From NCBI GenBank assembly GCA_963817385.1, contig CAWFOM010000012.1, positions 32,001 to 96,000 of the forward strand: 64,000 bases of DNA. The letters are read 5' to 3'. Both the position numbers and the translations under genes were made by a program. Each line of letters begins with the position of its first letter. Within the stretch, counting starts at the first letter, position 1. Source of the stretch: an uncultured delta proteobacterium. GTDB lineage: Bacteria > Desulfobacterota > Syntrophia > Syntrophales > UBA5619. The notes under the pieces were generated by a model that was given only the letters and a program-made list of their open reading frames with translations, was not told where the DNA came from and ran no database searches. Positions 19,620 to 29,055 of the stretch are shown one piece after another.

Positions 19620-20990
19620 GTGATGGATTCAACCAGTAGCGTAATGGTTCGTTTGACACAATACATGGCTCAGGCAAACTCTACGGAGCTTCCCCTTCCG
19701 GTGATCCGGAAAGCCAAGCATCACATCCTGGACACGCTTGCAGCGATGGTCTCCGGCTCGCAACTCAAACCGGGACGCGTAGCCATCGCCTACGCAGAAA
19801 AACAGGGAGGACCCCCCGAGGCGCAGGTGGTTGCCAGCCGGGTCTGCGTCTCAGCGATAAACGCCGCCTTGGCAAACGGAATGCTTGCCCACTCCGATGA
19901 GACCGACGATTCCAACACGTATGCCGGCATCCACCCCGGATGTGCGGTTGTTTCTTCCGCCCTGGCCATGGCGGAACGGGAAGATGCCAGCGGTGCAGAA
20001 TTCGTCAGGGCAGTGGTCCTGGGCTACGATATGGGATGCCGGACAATCAAGGCTCTTGGCGGGCGCTTGGCCGTCAGGGGCAGAAACCACCTTCCCTTCA
20101 GCATCGGCGGAACCATGGGCGCTACATCAGCCGCGGGGAGTCTCGCGGGATTGAGACCGGAACAAATCCCCTATCTGCTCTCCTTCGGCGCGCAGCAAGC
20201 CTCGGGAGTCATGACCTACCCCCGGGATACCGAGCACATCGAGAAGGCCTTCATCTTCGGGGGTATGGGCGCCCGCAACGGCGTGACAGCCGCCACCATG
20301 GTGCAAAGCGGGTTCACCGGCGTTACCGACGTCTTCAGCGGGACCGGCAACTTCCTTATCGCCTATTCGGAGAAACCCAAGCCCGAGGAGCTGGTGGCAG
20401 AGCTGGGATCCCGTTACGAGGTCATGCTCACCAACATCAAAAAGTACTGTGTGGGCTTCCCCATTCAAACGCCCCTCGACGGCCTGGTGATCATTATGCA
20501 GGAGCATCACCTCGGGGCTGATAACATGGAGCGTATTGAGGTCCGGCTTGATGAGGACGGCGCCAATACGGTGAACGACCGGGAGATGCCGGATATCAAC
20601 CTCCAGTATCTCTTTGCCGTCACCCTTCTGGATGGGGACCTCAGTTTCGAAGCCGCCCATTCGGTTGAAAGGATGCAAGATCCCCGGGTGCTGGCGTTTA
20701 AGAAGCGGGTGACGCTTGTCGGAGACGCGGAGTTGAGCCGCCTCCTGCCGGAACGCCACGCCATGGTAACGGTCACGACCAAAGACGGCCGTACGTTCCA
20801 AAAAAAATTGGCGACATTCCGCGGCAAATCAGATAACCCGCTTTCCACGGAAGAGGTAGAAAAAAAGTCCTCGGAACTTCTGGAGCCGGTATTGGGCGCC
20901 CTGCGGTCCCGCCAACTCATTGAGGTGGTAAACCGCCTGGAGAGTCTCCCCAGTGTCCGGGATCTGCGGCCGCTGCTGCAGGTAGGGTGA
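19620..20990 (+). CDS. MmgE/PrpD family protein
   Basis: AALANGMLAHSDETDD...HPG, NGVTAA, GFTG, IKKYCVG, FRGKSDNPLS. Confidence 0.92.
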   Translation: MMDSTSSVMVRLTQYMAQANSTELPLPVIRKAKHHILDTLAAMVSGSQLKPGRVAIAYAEKQGGPPEAQVVASRVCVSAINAALANGMLAHSDETDDSNTYAGIHPGCAVVSSALAMAEREDASGAEFVRAVVLGYDMGCRTIKALGGRLAVRGRNHLPFSIGGTMGATSAAGSLAGLRPEQIPYLLSFGAQQASGVMTYPRDTEHIEKAFIFGGMGARNGVTAATMVQSGFTGVTDVFSGTGNFLIAYSEKPKPEELVAELGSRYEVMLTNIKKYCVGFPIQTPLDGLVIIMQEHHLGADNMERIEVRLDEDGANTVNDREMPDINLQYLFAVTLLDGDLSFEAAHSVERMQDPRVLAFKKRVTLVGDAELSRLLPERHAMVTVTTKDGRTFQKKLATFRGKSDNPLSTEEVEKKSSELLEPVLGALRSRQLIEVVNRLESLPSVRDLRPLLQVG

Positions 20991-21017
20991 ACCGCGGGCA
21001 CGGTCCCGTAATTGACC

Positions 21018-21119
21018 ATCCGGACTTTCGGGGACTACTCCGGCTTCAAACCGCGCTGCCGTATTCTGGTCACGGACAGTTGCTTTTACGGGAAAGGTAA
21101 GTTCCGGGTGGCGTCTCTC
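21018..21119 (+). mobile_element. IS91-like (Y2/HUH) transposase remnant, HUH segment
   Basis: Translates as IRTFGDYSGFKPRCRILVTDSCFYGKGKFRVA, a decayed match to the QTFGD...NPHxH.LVTDGCF motif. Confidence 0.65.
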
Positions 21120-21261
21120 TGGGGTTGAAAACCTGGAATCAACGTTCCGGAATCCTGACGACTTCCATTGATGAACCAATGGGGATGCCCAGCTTACCCT
21201 CGGTTAATCCGACCGGGCGGATCGGAATCGGGTATAGACGGGGAGAAATGGGGAGATGTGC

Positions 21262-21891
21262 ATGCGGAACTACTGGAACAATCGGTTTAGCAAAGAGGGC
21301 CGGATCTGGGGTGATTCTCCCAGCCGGACGACCCTTCTGGCACGGGAGCTCTTCCGGCGCAACGGAGTGAAGAAGATCCTTATTCCCGGCGCCGGGTATG
21401 GACGGCATGTCGATTTTTTTACCGTGGAGGGTTTTGTCGTCCACGGCATCGAGATCTCGGACGTCGCCATCGGCCTTGCCGCTCAACCGGAGGGGAAGGT
21501 CGTCCTGTACCGCGGATCGGTCCTCGACATGCCCTTCAGCGACGACATCTATGACGCGGTCTACTGCTTCAATCTCCTCCACTTCTTCCGTGCCGCTGAC
21601 CGGGGGACCCTGATCGGCAAATGCGCCGATCAGCTCCGGCCGGGGGGCGTGCTCTTCTTTATCGTCTTCTCCGAGAAAGAGCCGACGTACGGGAAGGGAG
21701 AGAGGGTCGAGGAAGGCACATTCGAGAGCAAACCGGGGCGGCCGACCCACTTCTTCACGGAGGCGGATCTTAAGAGCCACTTCGAGGCCTTCGATATCCT
21801 GGAGACGGGTATCACCGAGGATCAGGAGTGTCACGGTGACGAGGGCCCCCATATCCATCTCCTCCGCACCATCGCCGCGCGCAAGGGGTGA
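21262..21891 (+). CDS. Class I SAM-dependent methyltransferase
   Basis: KILIPGAGYGRH motif I, GIEIS, YDAVYC, LRPGG. Confidence 0.9.
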   Translation: MRNYWNNRFSKEGRIWGDSPSRTTLLARELFRRNGVKKILIPGAGYGRHVDFFTVEGFVVHGIEISDVAIGLAAQPEGKVVLYRGSVLDMPFSDDIYDAVYCFNLLHFFRAADRGTLIGKCADQLRPGGVLFFIVFSEKEPTYGKGERVEEGTFESKPGRPTHFFTEADLKSHFEAFDILETGITEDQECHGDEGPHIHLLRTIAARKG

Positions 21892-22089
21892 ACAGCGTTT
21901 ACACTCGGTTCCTTCTGTTCCGGGGGAATGAACACCAACGAGCATGGAAAGGATAACGGTGCGGGAACACTGAGGGGCCGGCGGATAGAGACAAATGGGG
22001 CGCCGGCGCGCGGCAGTGAGCCATGGCCGGATTAAGGTGACAGGGGATAATCCCGGACACGGTCCACGATCCGTCGGCTTGAGAATGAG

Positions 22090-22122
22090 GGAGGCCTCGC
22101 GAACGATGTTCGCGGGGCCTCC
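22090..22122. terminator. Hairpin between the convergent methyltransferase and metK genes
   Basis: GGAGGCCTCGCGAAC-gat-GTTCGCGGGGCCTCC inverted repeat. Confidence 0.55.
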
Positions 22123-22157
22123 GGGTATATGCGGTCGAGCTTGAGCGACGGCCGGGT

Positions 22158-23345
22158 TTACTTGCCCGCGGCTTTCTTGAGTTCCTTGACCCTGTCAGTC
22201 TTCTCCCAGGGGTAGTCGTCCATAAAGAGCGTTCGGGGGATGCGGCGATAGATGTTGCTGTTGAGAAGGTCGAAGCGTTGGATCATCCCCGCCGGCGTTA
22301 GGTCGAAGAGCTTCTCGATGATCTTCTCCAGCTTTTTGTTGCTGATCTTGCCCGTGCCGAAAGTGTCTACGTAGATCGAGAAGGGGCAGGCGATCCCGAT
22401 CGCGTAGGCGAGCTGCACCGAGCACTTTTTCGCCAGACCGGCGGCGACGATGTTCTTCGCGACGTAACGCGACCCGAAGGCGGCGGAGCAGTCCACCTTC
22501 TCCGGCGACTTGTTGACGACGGCGCCGCCCCCCATCTGGGCGCCGGGGTAACCCCCGTAACACTGGACGACCAGCTTCCGGCCGGTAACGCCTGAATCGG
22601 CGGCGCTGCACGAGTTGACCGCCTTCCACTCGCCGGTCGGGTTGAAGAGGAATTCGGTTTTCTTGTCGACGCAACCATCCAGGCTGTCGAAGGCGATCTT
22701 GCGGGCCCGCTTCTCGAGGGCGCAATGGTCCTTCTCCTTCCCCTTCGCGTAGCGGTAGTCGATGGCGTTGGACATCAGGACCTTGACCAGCCGGAGCGGC
22801 TTCCCCGTCTTCTCGTCGTACTCCACCGATACCTGCCCCTTGCCGTCCGGGGCGAAGATCGGGTCGCCGCAGTTCTCGAAAGCCCGCATCATTCGGTTGA
22901 CGAGGACGTAGGTGAGCGGGAGGAGTTCCGGGGTCTCGTCACAGGCATAGCCGTACATGATCCCTTGGTCGCCGGCGCCGATCTCCTTATACTTGCCGGC
23001 GTCGGCTCGTGTACCGATATTGATGTCGGGCGACTGGGGGATGATGGCGTTAAGGACCCCGAGGGAGTTGCCGTTCAGACCGACCGCCGAATCATTGTAG
23101 CCGAGGGAAAGGACCGTCTCCCGGACGCACTTGTCCAGGTCGATCCAGGCCCGCGTGCTGACCTCGCCGCCGACGACGCAGAGCCCCTTGCCGAGGAAGA
23201 CCTCGATGCCGCAGTGGGGCATGGTATTGATGTCCATTCCTTTTTTGTGTTCCCGGTCCAGGATGGCGGCGATGATGTTGGCCGCGATCATGTCCGCGAC
23301 GATGTCCGGGTGTCCGACCTTTACGCTTTCCGATGAAATCTGCAT
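22158..23345 (-). CDS. metK: S-adenosylmethionine synthetase (divergent)
   Basis: SESV..GHPD, QSPDI, GAGDQG, PDGKGQV, DSGVTGRK, GGGA, QLAYAIG, YPWE; AGGAG RBS before ATG 23345. Confidence 0.9.
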   Translation of the reverse strand: MQISSESVKVGHPDIVADMIAANIIAAILDREHKKGMDINTMPHCGIEVFLGKGLCVVGGEVSTRAWIDLDKCVRETVLSLGYNDSAVGLNGNSLGVLNAIIPQSPDINIGTRADAGKYKEIGAGDQGIMYGYACDETPELLPLTYVLVNRMMRAFENCGDPIFAPDGKGQVSVEYDEKTGKPLRLVKVLMSNAIDYRYAKGKEKDHCALEKRARKIAFDSLDGCVDKKTEFLFNPTGEWKAVNSCSAADSGVTGRKLVVQCYGGYPGAQMGGGAVVNKSPEKVDCSAAFGSRYVAKNIVAAGLAKKCSVQLAYAIGIACPFSIYVDTFGTGKISNKKLEKIIEKLFDLTPAGMIQRFDLLNSNIYRRIPRTLFMDDYPWEKTDRVKELKKAAGK

Positions 23346-23369
23346 GGTGATTCTCCTGTTAAGTAACGC

Positions 23370-23393
23370 AAAACCCGCGCCAGAGCGCGGGTT
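23370..23393 (-). terminator. Intrinsic terminator in the metK leader (riboswitch expression platform)
   Basis: Minus strand AACCCGCGC-tctg-GCGCGGGTT followed by further T residues, lying between the aptamer and the RBS. Confidence 0.65.
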
Positions 23394-23406
23394 CATGATC
23401 ATTTTC

Positions 23407-23459
23407 CGGCGCTTTAGCACATTTATATAGCGGAGCAATTGACCTGTAAATTCCCGCTT
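23407..23459 (-). ncRNA. SAM-II-class riboswitch aptamer (candidate)
   Basis: Minus strand AGCGGG-AAUUU-ACAGGUCAA-UUGC-UCCGCU-AUAUAAAUGU-GCUAAA-GCGCC: P1 AGCGG/CCGCU plus the AUUU, UUGC and GCUAAA core elements; upstream of metK. Confidence 0.72.
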
Positions 23460-23466
23460 GGGGGTT

Positions 23467-23495
23467 CTCATAGGATATGGCGAATGAAATGTCAA
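23467..23495 (-). promoter_or_regulatory. Sigma70-type promoter of metK
   Basis: TTGACA-17 nt-TATGAG on the minus strand; predicted start site falls at the 5' end of the aptamer. Confidence 0.5.
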
Positions 23496-23548
23496 GGAAA
23501 AAGTACGACGGGGATAGGGAGGATCGATGGCGTGTGCCGATGCTCACC

Positions 23549-24706
23549 CTATCGGCACGCGCCTCCAGAGCGGTGCCTTCCGGGTACGGTGAGTGCACCC
23601 CCTGATAGAAGCATGAGTGCATTGACCCAGAAGACGGGAAATATCCCGAACGCCGAGCCGATCGCTCCGAACACGACCGGACCGACCATGCGCGCCAGAT
23701 GATTTACGGTGATGCGCAAGCCCAGGACCTCGCCGGAGTGGCCTTCCGTGGAGGTGCTGAAGGTCAGCATCATGGTGATCGGCTGGCCGCAGCCCATACC
23801 GAGCCCGAACGTGAACGAGAGCAGCGAGAGTACTACCGAGTCGGTAAAGAACGGCACCAGTATCAGGCTTACCGCTCCGAGGAAAAACGCGTAGGCCAGG
23901 ACTGTTCCCTCGCCCAGCCAGGCGAGGAGCCTCGGCATGATCAGCCGCACGACGAACGCGGCCGCCGAGAACATGGCAAGCACGACGCCGATGACGGTAC
24001 CGGAGAGCCCGATGCCGTGTCCATAAATCGGGATGTAGAACTGGAACAGGGCAATACCGGTCACAATCAGGCTGCTGGTAACCAGCACTTTCCAGAGGCC
24101 GGAGCTCGTCAGCATGTCGCGGATGCTTCCGGCGGGGGGGGCATCGCGCGAACCTCCGGGGAGGGTGCCGCCCCAGATCGCAAGCATCAGGACCGGCGCA
24201 AGCGAGAGCGCCACGAGGTAGAGACAGGCAACAGCAGGGCCGGAGTGATCGATCGAAAATCCCGCCAGCAGCGGTCCGAGAAAGCTGGTGAACGACACCA
24301 TCAAGCTGAAATTGCTGAAGTTCAGGGCGCGGTTCTGCGGCTCGCTCAGAAGCCCCACCAGGTTCTGCAGGGAGACGGCGTAGAACGCGAACGACAGGCC
24401 GTTGAGCACCGCCGCGGTATAGAGAGCGGGAAGCCCGGGAAAGAAATAGGGCACCAGCATGCCGCCGGCGCCGCCGGCGGCGCCGAACATGAGCGGCCAG
24501 CGCGAACCGAAGCGGTCGGAAAGTTTGCCGACCTGCCACGACAGGAGCATCGGCAACACGGAAAACGTCGCGGCGAGGATGCCGATGGCAAAGGGCTGCG
24601 CACCGAGTTTCAGCGCGTATAGTGCAAGCAGGACTCGGCCCGCCTGCACGCTGGTCATGTTGAACAACACCAGGGCAAAGGTAAAATAGATGGGTAGCAG
24701 GCTCAA
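23549..24706 (-). CDS. MFS transporter
   Basis: About 12 hydrophobic segments, GKLSDRFGSR motif A; downstream of the UxaA-like genes. Confidence 0.9.
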   Translation of the reverse strand: MSLLPIYFTFALVLFNMTSVQAGRVLLALYALKLGAQPFAIGILAATFSVLPMLLSWQVGKLSDRFGSRWPLMFGAAGGAGGMLVPYFFPGLPALYTAAVLNGLSFAFYAVSLQNLVGLLSEPQNRALNFSNFSLMVSFTSFLGPLLAGFSIDHSGPAVACLYLVALSLAPVLMLAIWGGTLPGGSRDAPPAGSIRDMLTSSGLWKVLVTSSLIVTGIALFQFYIPIYGHGIGLSGTVIGVVLAMFSAAAFVVRLIMPRLLAWLGEGTVLAYAFFLGAVSLILVPFFTDSVVLSLLSFTFGLGMGCGQPITMMLTFSTSTEGHSGEVLGLRITVNHLARMVGPVVFGAIGSAFGIFPVFWVNALMLLSGGALTVPGRHRSGGACR

Positions 24707-24733
24707 AATTCTTAACGACTCACTTTTCCTGAC

Positions 24734-25921
24734 TCAGAACCGCGGTTCCTGAAGGTACAGGTCGATCGGTTCGGTGTAGTACAGTGTCTCGCTCAAGGAC
24801 AGCGTGCCGGAGGCAACGTCGATGACGGTGCGGTAGAGTCGTTCGCCCACCTCCTCGGGGGTCTCTGACCCCTCGATGACCGTGCCCGAGTAGAAGTCGA
24901 TGCTGTCCATGGCAGCCGCATACGTCCGGGGATTGGCGGTCGCCCACAGGAAAGGCGCCACCACCGAGGGCGAACCTTCCAGGAGGGTCCGGCCGGCCAC
25001 GCCGCCGCCCCCGAGTTGGAACAACACGACGTTGGCGCCCGCCGCCGCGTATCCGGCGAATATGGACAGGTGCCCCATCCAGTTATCGACGAAATACAGG
25101 CCCTTGCGCGTCGGCCGCTCCGCGTACTTCAGCACGCCCTGGATCGGCGCGGTCCCCGCCTTGTGGATCGCCCCGAGGCTTTTCTCCTCCAACGAACTGA
25201 TCCCGCCTTTGATGTTGGACGGCACCGGGTTTACGGTACGGATGTCCAACCCGGTGGCCTTGGCCCGGTCCTCCTGAACCGTCACGGCGCGGAGGATCGC
25301 CTCGGCGACCTCCGGGCGTGCGGCGCGCCGCACCAGGGCCTCCTCGGCCCCGATAATCTCCGTGGTCTCACCGAAGAGGGCTGTGCCTCCGGCGGCCACG
25401 ACCTTGTCGTACAGATACCCGATTGCCGGGTTTCCGGCGATCCCCGATGTCGTGTCGGAGTAGCCGCATTTCACCCCGAGGCAGAGGTGCTCATCCTCGA
25501 CCATCTCCCGGCGCAACTTCGATGCCTCGTGCACCATCCGGCGGGCCATCTGGATCCCCTTGAAGATAGCGCCGTAGGTCCCGCCGTCCTTCGCCGGGTC
25601 CAGCATCTCCACCCTCTTGCCGCTCGCCGCGATCTCGTCCGCCAGCCGCTCGGCCCTCAGTTCCGGGTAGCCGGCGCCGGGGCTGGCGGCGTGGACGATG
25701 ACCGAGGCTACGTTGGGGTTCCGGCCGAGGCCGATGAGGATCCGGGCGATCTGCTCACGGTCGTTTGCCGTGCGGCCGGAGCCGTGATCTGCGGTCAGGA
25801 TGGTTTTCGTGCCGGCGACGAAATCGCAGACCGACTTGGCGATGATCCCCTGGGGGATCACCAGGACATAGTTACGCGTGCCGACCGAGCCGTCGGATCG
25901 GACATAGCCCCGGAAGCTCAT
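24734..25921 (-). CDS. UxaA/GarD family dehydratase/lyase large subunit (SuyB-like)
   Basis: FRGYVRSDGSVGTRNYVLV, KCGYSDTTSGIAGNPAIG, GETTEIIGAE, NIKGGISSLEEKSLGAIHKAG. Confidence 0.88.
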   Translation of the reverse strand: MSFRGYVRSDGSVGTRNYVLVIPQGIIAKSVCDFVAGTKTILTADHGSGRTANDREQIARILIGLGRNPNVASVIVHAASPGAGYPELRAERLADEIAASGKRVEMLDPAKDGGTYGAIFKGIQMARRMVHEASKLRREMVEDEHLCLGVKCGYSDTTSGIAGNPAIGYLYDKVVAAGGTALFGETTEIIGAEEALVRRAARPEVAEAILRAVTVQEDRAKATGLDIRTVNPVPSNIKGGISSLEEKSLGAIHKAGTAPIQGVLKYAERPTRKGLYFVDNWMGHLSIFAGYAAAGANVVLFQLGGGGVAGRTLLEGSPSVVAPFLWATANPRTYAAAMDSIDFYSGTVIEGSETPEEVGERLYRTVIDVASGTLSLSETLYYTEPIDLYLQEPRF

Positions 25922-26226
25922 CGTTTGCCGCTCCTTTCGAGGTCGCCCCGGGCGCGCGTGCCTTCCAGGTTATGGATGTGGACCAGGTTCCCCTTGGCGA
26001 TAGCCGTGCCGGCCCGACCGATCGTCTCTCCGTACTTCCGGATGATCGCCCCCCGGGGAATGTCCTGCAGGGCGAGCTTGAAGCCGAAGGGGATCGTCTC
26101 CGCGGCGCGGAGCGTGAGTGCGCCTCCCGCCACCGGGATCGACACCTCCTCCCCCGCCTGGATCTCTTCCACGGCGGTGGCCACGTTGTCATTCGGGTGC
26201 ATGATGAGTGCGCGTTTTGACGGCAT
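25918..26226 (-). CDS. UxaA family SAF-domain small subunit (SuyA-like)
   Basis: HPNDNVATA, IPFGFKLAL.DI..G..IRKYGE.IG, VHIHNL; overlaps the start of the large subunit. Confidence 0.9.
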   Translation of the reverse strand: MPSKRALIMHPNDNVATAVEEIQAGEEVSIPVAGGALTLRAAETIPFGFKLALQDIPRGAIIRKYGETIGRAGTAIAKGNLVHIHNLEGTRARGDLERSGKR

Positions 26227-26306
26227 GCCGTACGGTCTTTCCTCCCGGATTCTTCCCGCAAGACCATCGAGCGAGTTTTGATAAGGACTTGCTTGTGTCC
26301 GGGGTG

Positions 26307-26335
26307 AGAATAAGAGAAGAGCGCTTGCATGTCAA
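26307..26335 (-). promoter_or_regulatory. Sigma70-type promoter of the uxaA-like operon
   Basis: TTGACA-17 nt-TATTCT on the minus strand. Confidence 0.55.
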
Positions 26336-26486
26336 TGAAATAATGGCCCGGAGATGCAGGCGGCAGTGCCGGTGATTGCCGCCGGACATTTCAGCGCTGC
26401 GGATTGCGGTCCGTTTCTTGCGGTGCGGGGGCAAAGCCGATCTGCACGTGTGTTGCCTTTTCGGGGGGAAATGGTATATTTAGTTT

Positions 26487-27437
26487 ATGGAGAAAATCCG
26501 CCTTGGCGTCAGCGCCTGCCTTCTCGGGAAAAACGTTCGTTACGACGGGGGGCATGCACTGGATCGCTTCTTGAGGGATACCCTGGGAAAGTACATTCAA
26601 TATGTGCCCGTTTGCCCCGAGGTGGAATGCGGTTTCGGCATTCCGCGGGAAACGCTCCGCCTTACGGGCGACCCGAAGCGGCCGCGCCTGGTGACGGGCC
26701 GCACGGGCATCGATCACACCGACCGCATGAAGGCCTGGGCCGCGTCTGCGGGTCGGCCGAGCTCGAGCATGAGGACCTCTCCGGGTTCATTTTTAAAAGC
26801 GGCTCTCCATCGAGCGGAATGGCGCGGGTGAGGGTATATGACGACAGGGGAGTGCCCCGAAAAGTCGGGGTGGGCGTCTTCGCCCGGATATTCATGGAGC
26901 ACTTCCCGCTGACGCCGGTTGAGGAGGATGGCCGGCTTCACGATCCGATCCTGCGGGAGAACTTCATCGATCGCATCTTTACCTGCCGGCGCTACCGCGA
27001 GATCAGGGAGGAGAAAAACCGCATCAGGAGTATTGTGGATTTTCACACGAGTCATAAACTTCTTCTCATGGCGTACAGCCCGAGGCATCTTCAGCAGATG
27101 GGTCAACTCGTAGCCCATGCCAGGGAACTCCCGGCAAAGGAACTGATCGGACGGTACGAGAGACTCCTCATGGAGGCCATGGCGCTCAAATCATCAACGA
27201 GGAAGCACACCGATGTCCTGCATCACATGATGGGCTATTTCAAGAAGAACCTCTCCGCCGATGAGAAGCAGGAACTGATCGAGGTCATTGACGAATACCG
27301 CCGGGGGACTCATCCCCCTGATCGTCCCGATAACGCTCATGAACCATTATGTGAGGAAATACCACGAACCCTACCTGAAAGGGCAAATCTATCTCAATCC
27401 CCACCCGGTGGAGTTGCAACTCCGCAACCACGTATGA
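26487..27437 (+). CDS. YbgA-family protein (DUF523 thiouracil-desulfidase-like + DUF1722); two frameshifts, near 26750 and 27305
   Basis: GVSACLLG.NVRYDGGH, VCPEVECG, SPSSG, EEDGRL.DP.LRENF, HMMGYFK, C-terminal PHPVELQLRNHV*, spread over three frames. Confidence 0.85.
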
Positions 27438-27509
27438 GGGGGAAGCTTCAATAATCTTCCTCACGAAATCCATCCGGACGGTGTGTGGATTTCACAGAAG
27501 ATATCGCCT

Positions 27510-27800
27510 TTAGTGAAATTTTTGATCGCCTGCCTGGATTTCCTTAACGCGCCCGAATTGTTTCTCGTAGTTGTCAAGGCTTTCTTGCAAGGCGGTGATG
27601 ATTCTTTTAACGTGAGACGGACTCACGATGACTCTCGATACCAGATGAACGCCGTTTGGCGAGTTAAAAAGCCAATCAAGGATGAACTCATCCGCGCTAT
27701 GGGATGCAATCATGCTATTGCTGTATCTGCCCCTAGACAGCTCATCACCGGTGTTGATCTGGATTTGTTGGACTTTATCGGTTTTTGCTTGATCATCCAT
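27510..27800 (-). CDS. DUF3467-like small protein
   Basis: GRYSN...HS.DEFILD....P......SRVIVSP.H.KR...AL..Y+.QFG.V pattern. Confidence 0.75.
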   Translation of the reverse strand: MDDQAKTDKVQQIQINTGDELSRGRYSNSMIASHSADEFILDWLFNSPNGVHLVSRVIVSPSHVKRIITALQESLDNYEKQFGRVKEIQAGDQKFH

Positions 27801-28002
27801 AGTGACCTCCCCAGACTATCAGAAATCAAATTGACGAGGGTGCCTTTTGCCCACTATTATCCATACCATAATAATTGAGGAAACAATATTCATGATTATC
27901 GATTGCAGTCCTGCGTCGTGAGTGGCGTCGAAACGTCTGTGCGGGAGAAAAAGGGAAGAAGGAGGCCACGCATGGGGGAGCAACACGTACCGGATGAAAC
28001 TT

Positions 28003-28398
28003 TCACCAGTCGACTTTTTTGCGCTCCTTGTGTGCAAAAGCTTTCCGCACCGCAGGCACAAGTTTGTGGAGTTGGTTCTTCGCGACAAAATCTTGGGCCC
28101 CGTTGGTTAGGATCTCCGTGGCCAGATTTTCTTCCATGACGCCGGTGACAAGAATGAAGGGGACTTCTGCGCATCGAGCTTTTGCTTCAGCGAGCGCCAG
28201 CGAGCCGTTGTACTGGGGAAGGTCGTAATCGGAAAGAATTAGGTCGGGCGTGAATTCTTTAAGGGCGCACGTATAGTCTTTTTCTGTGATCACCCTTCGC
28301 GCAACAAAGTCGATTGACGCCTCTTGCAGCTCATATTCAATCAAATCGGCATCGGTTGCACAATCTTCCAGGATGAGAATGCGGAGAATTCTATCCAT
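28003..28398 (-). CDS. Single-domain response regulator (receiver)
   Basis: ILILED, PDLILSDYDLP, PFILVTG, GAQDFVAK. Confidence 0.9.
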   Translation of the reverse strand: MDRILRILILEDCATDADLIEYELQEASIDFVARRVITEKDYTCALKEFTPDLILSDYDLPQYNGSLALAEAKARCAEVPFILVTGVMEENLATEILTNGAQDFVAKNQLHKLVPAVRKAFAHKERKKVDW

Positions 28399-28768
28399 AA
28401 ATGAATCTTTTCCCTCGGTAAATTAAGATTGCTCTATCTTCCTTGTTGGCAGCGTTGATTGAACGATGCCAGTGTATGGCAACGATTATCGAAATGTAAT
28501 AGGGAGTTTATCATAGTGAAGTAGTAGGCGTGAGATAGTATTTGAGTCTTTTTTGGTTGAGCAGACCACGATTGGTGAAGGAAGAAATAAACAATATGGA
28601 TCCATGCGATAAAAAATCTTGCATTTCCGGAAAGACTAATTCATACTCGATCCCGGTTAATGTTCACTATCTTTCCACAGTTACCGAAATACGAGAATAC
28701 CCGCCGAATAGTTCGGCAATATTATCGGTGTTTCCAAAGAGCAATCCAATTACTAAGGAGGACGAAAG

Positions 28769-28969
28769 ATGCCAGAAGGAAAAGTTAAATGGTTTAATGA
28801 TTCAAAAGGTTTTGGTTTTATTGAGCAGGATGGAGGTAAGGACGTTTTCGTCCATCATTCCGCGATCCAGGCTGAGGGTTTCAAATCGTTGGCCGAGGGT
28901 GATCGGGTCAGCTTTGATGTTGTCAGCGGTGCAAAAGGTCCGGCTGCGGAGAATGTTCGCAAGTTGTAA
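28769..28969 (+). CDS. cspA: Cold-shock protein
   Basis: [15 protein letters not shown] (RNP1), DVFVHHSAI (RNP2); AAGGAGG RBS. Confidence 0.97.
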   Translation: MPEGKVKWFNDSKGFGFIEQDGGKDVFVHHSAIQAEGFKSLAEGDRVSFDVVSGAKGPAAENVRKL

Positions 28970-28992
28970 GACCGTATTGACATATCGATTTG

Positions 28993-29023
28993 AAAGACTC
29001 CCCATCACTGGGGAGTCTTTTTT
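28993..29023 (+). terminator. Intrinsic terminator after csp
   Basis: AAAGACTCCCCA-tcac-TGGGGAGTCTTT plus T tract. Confidence 0.85.
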
Positions 29024-29055
29024 ATGGAGACGTATTCATCGCGGGGCAGCTTACC

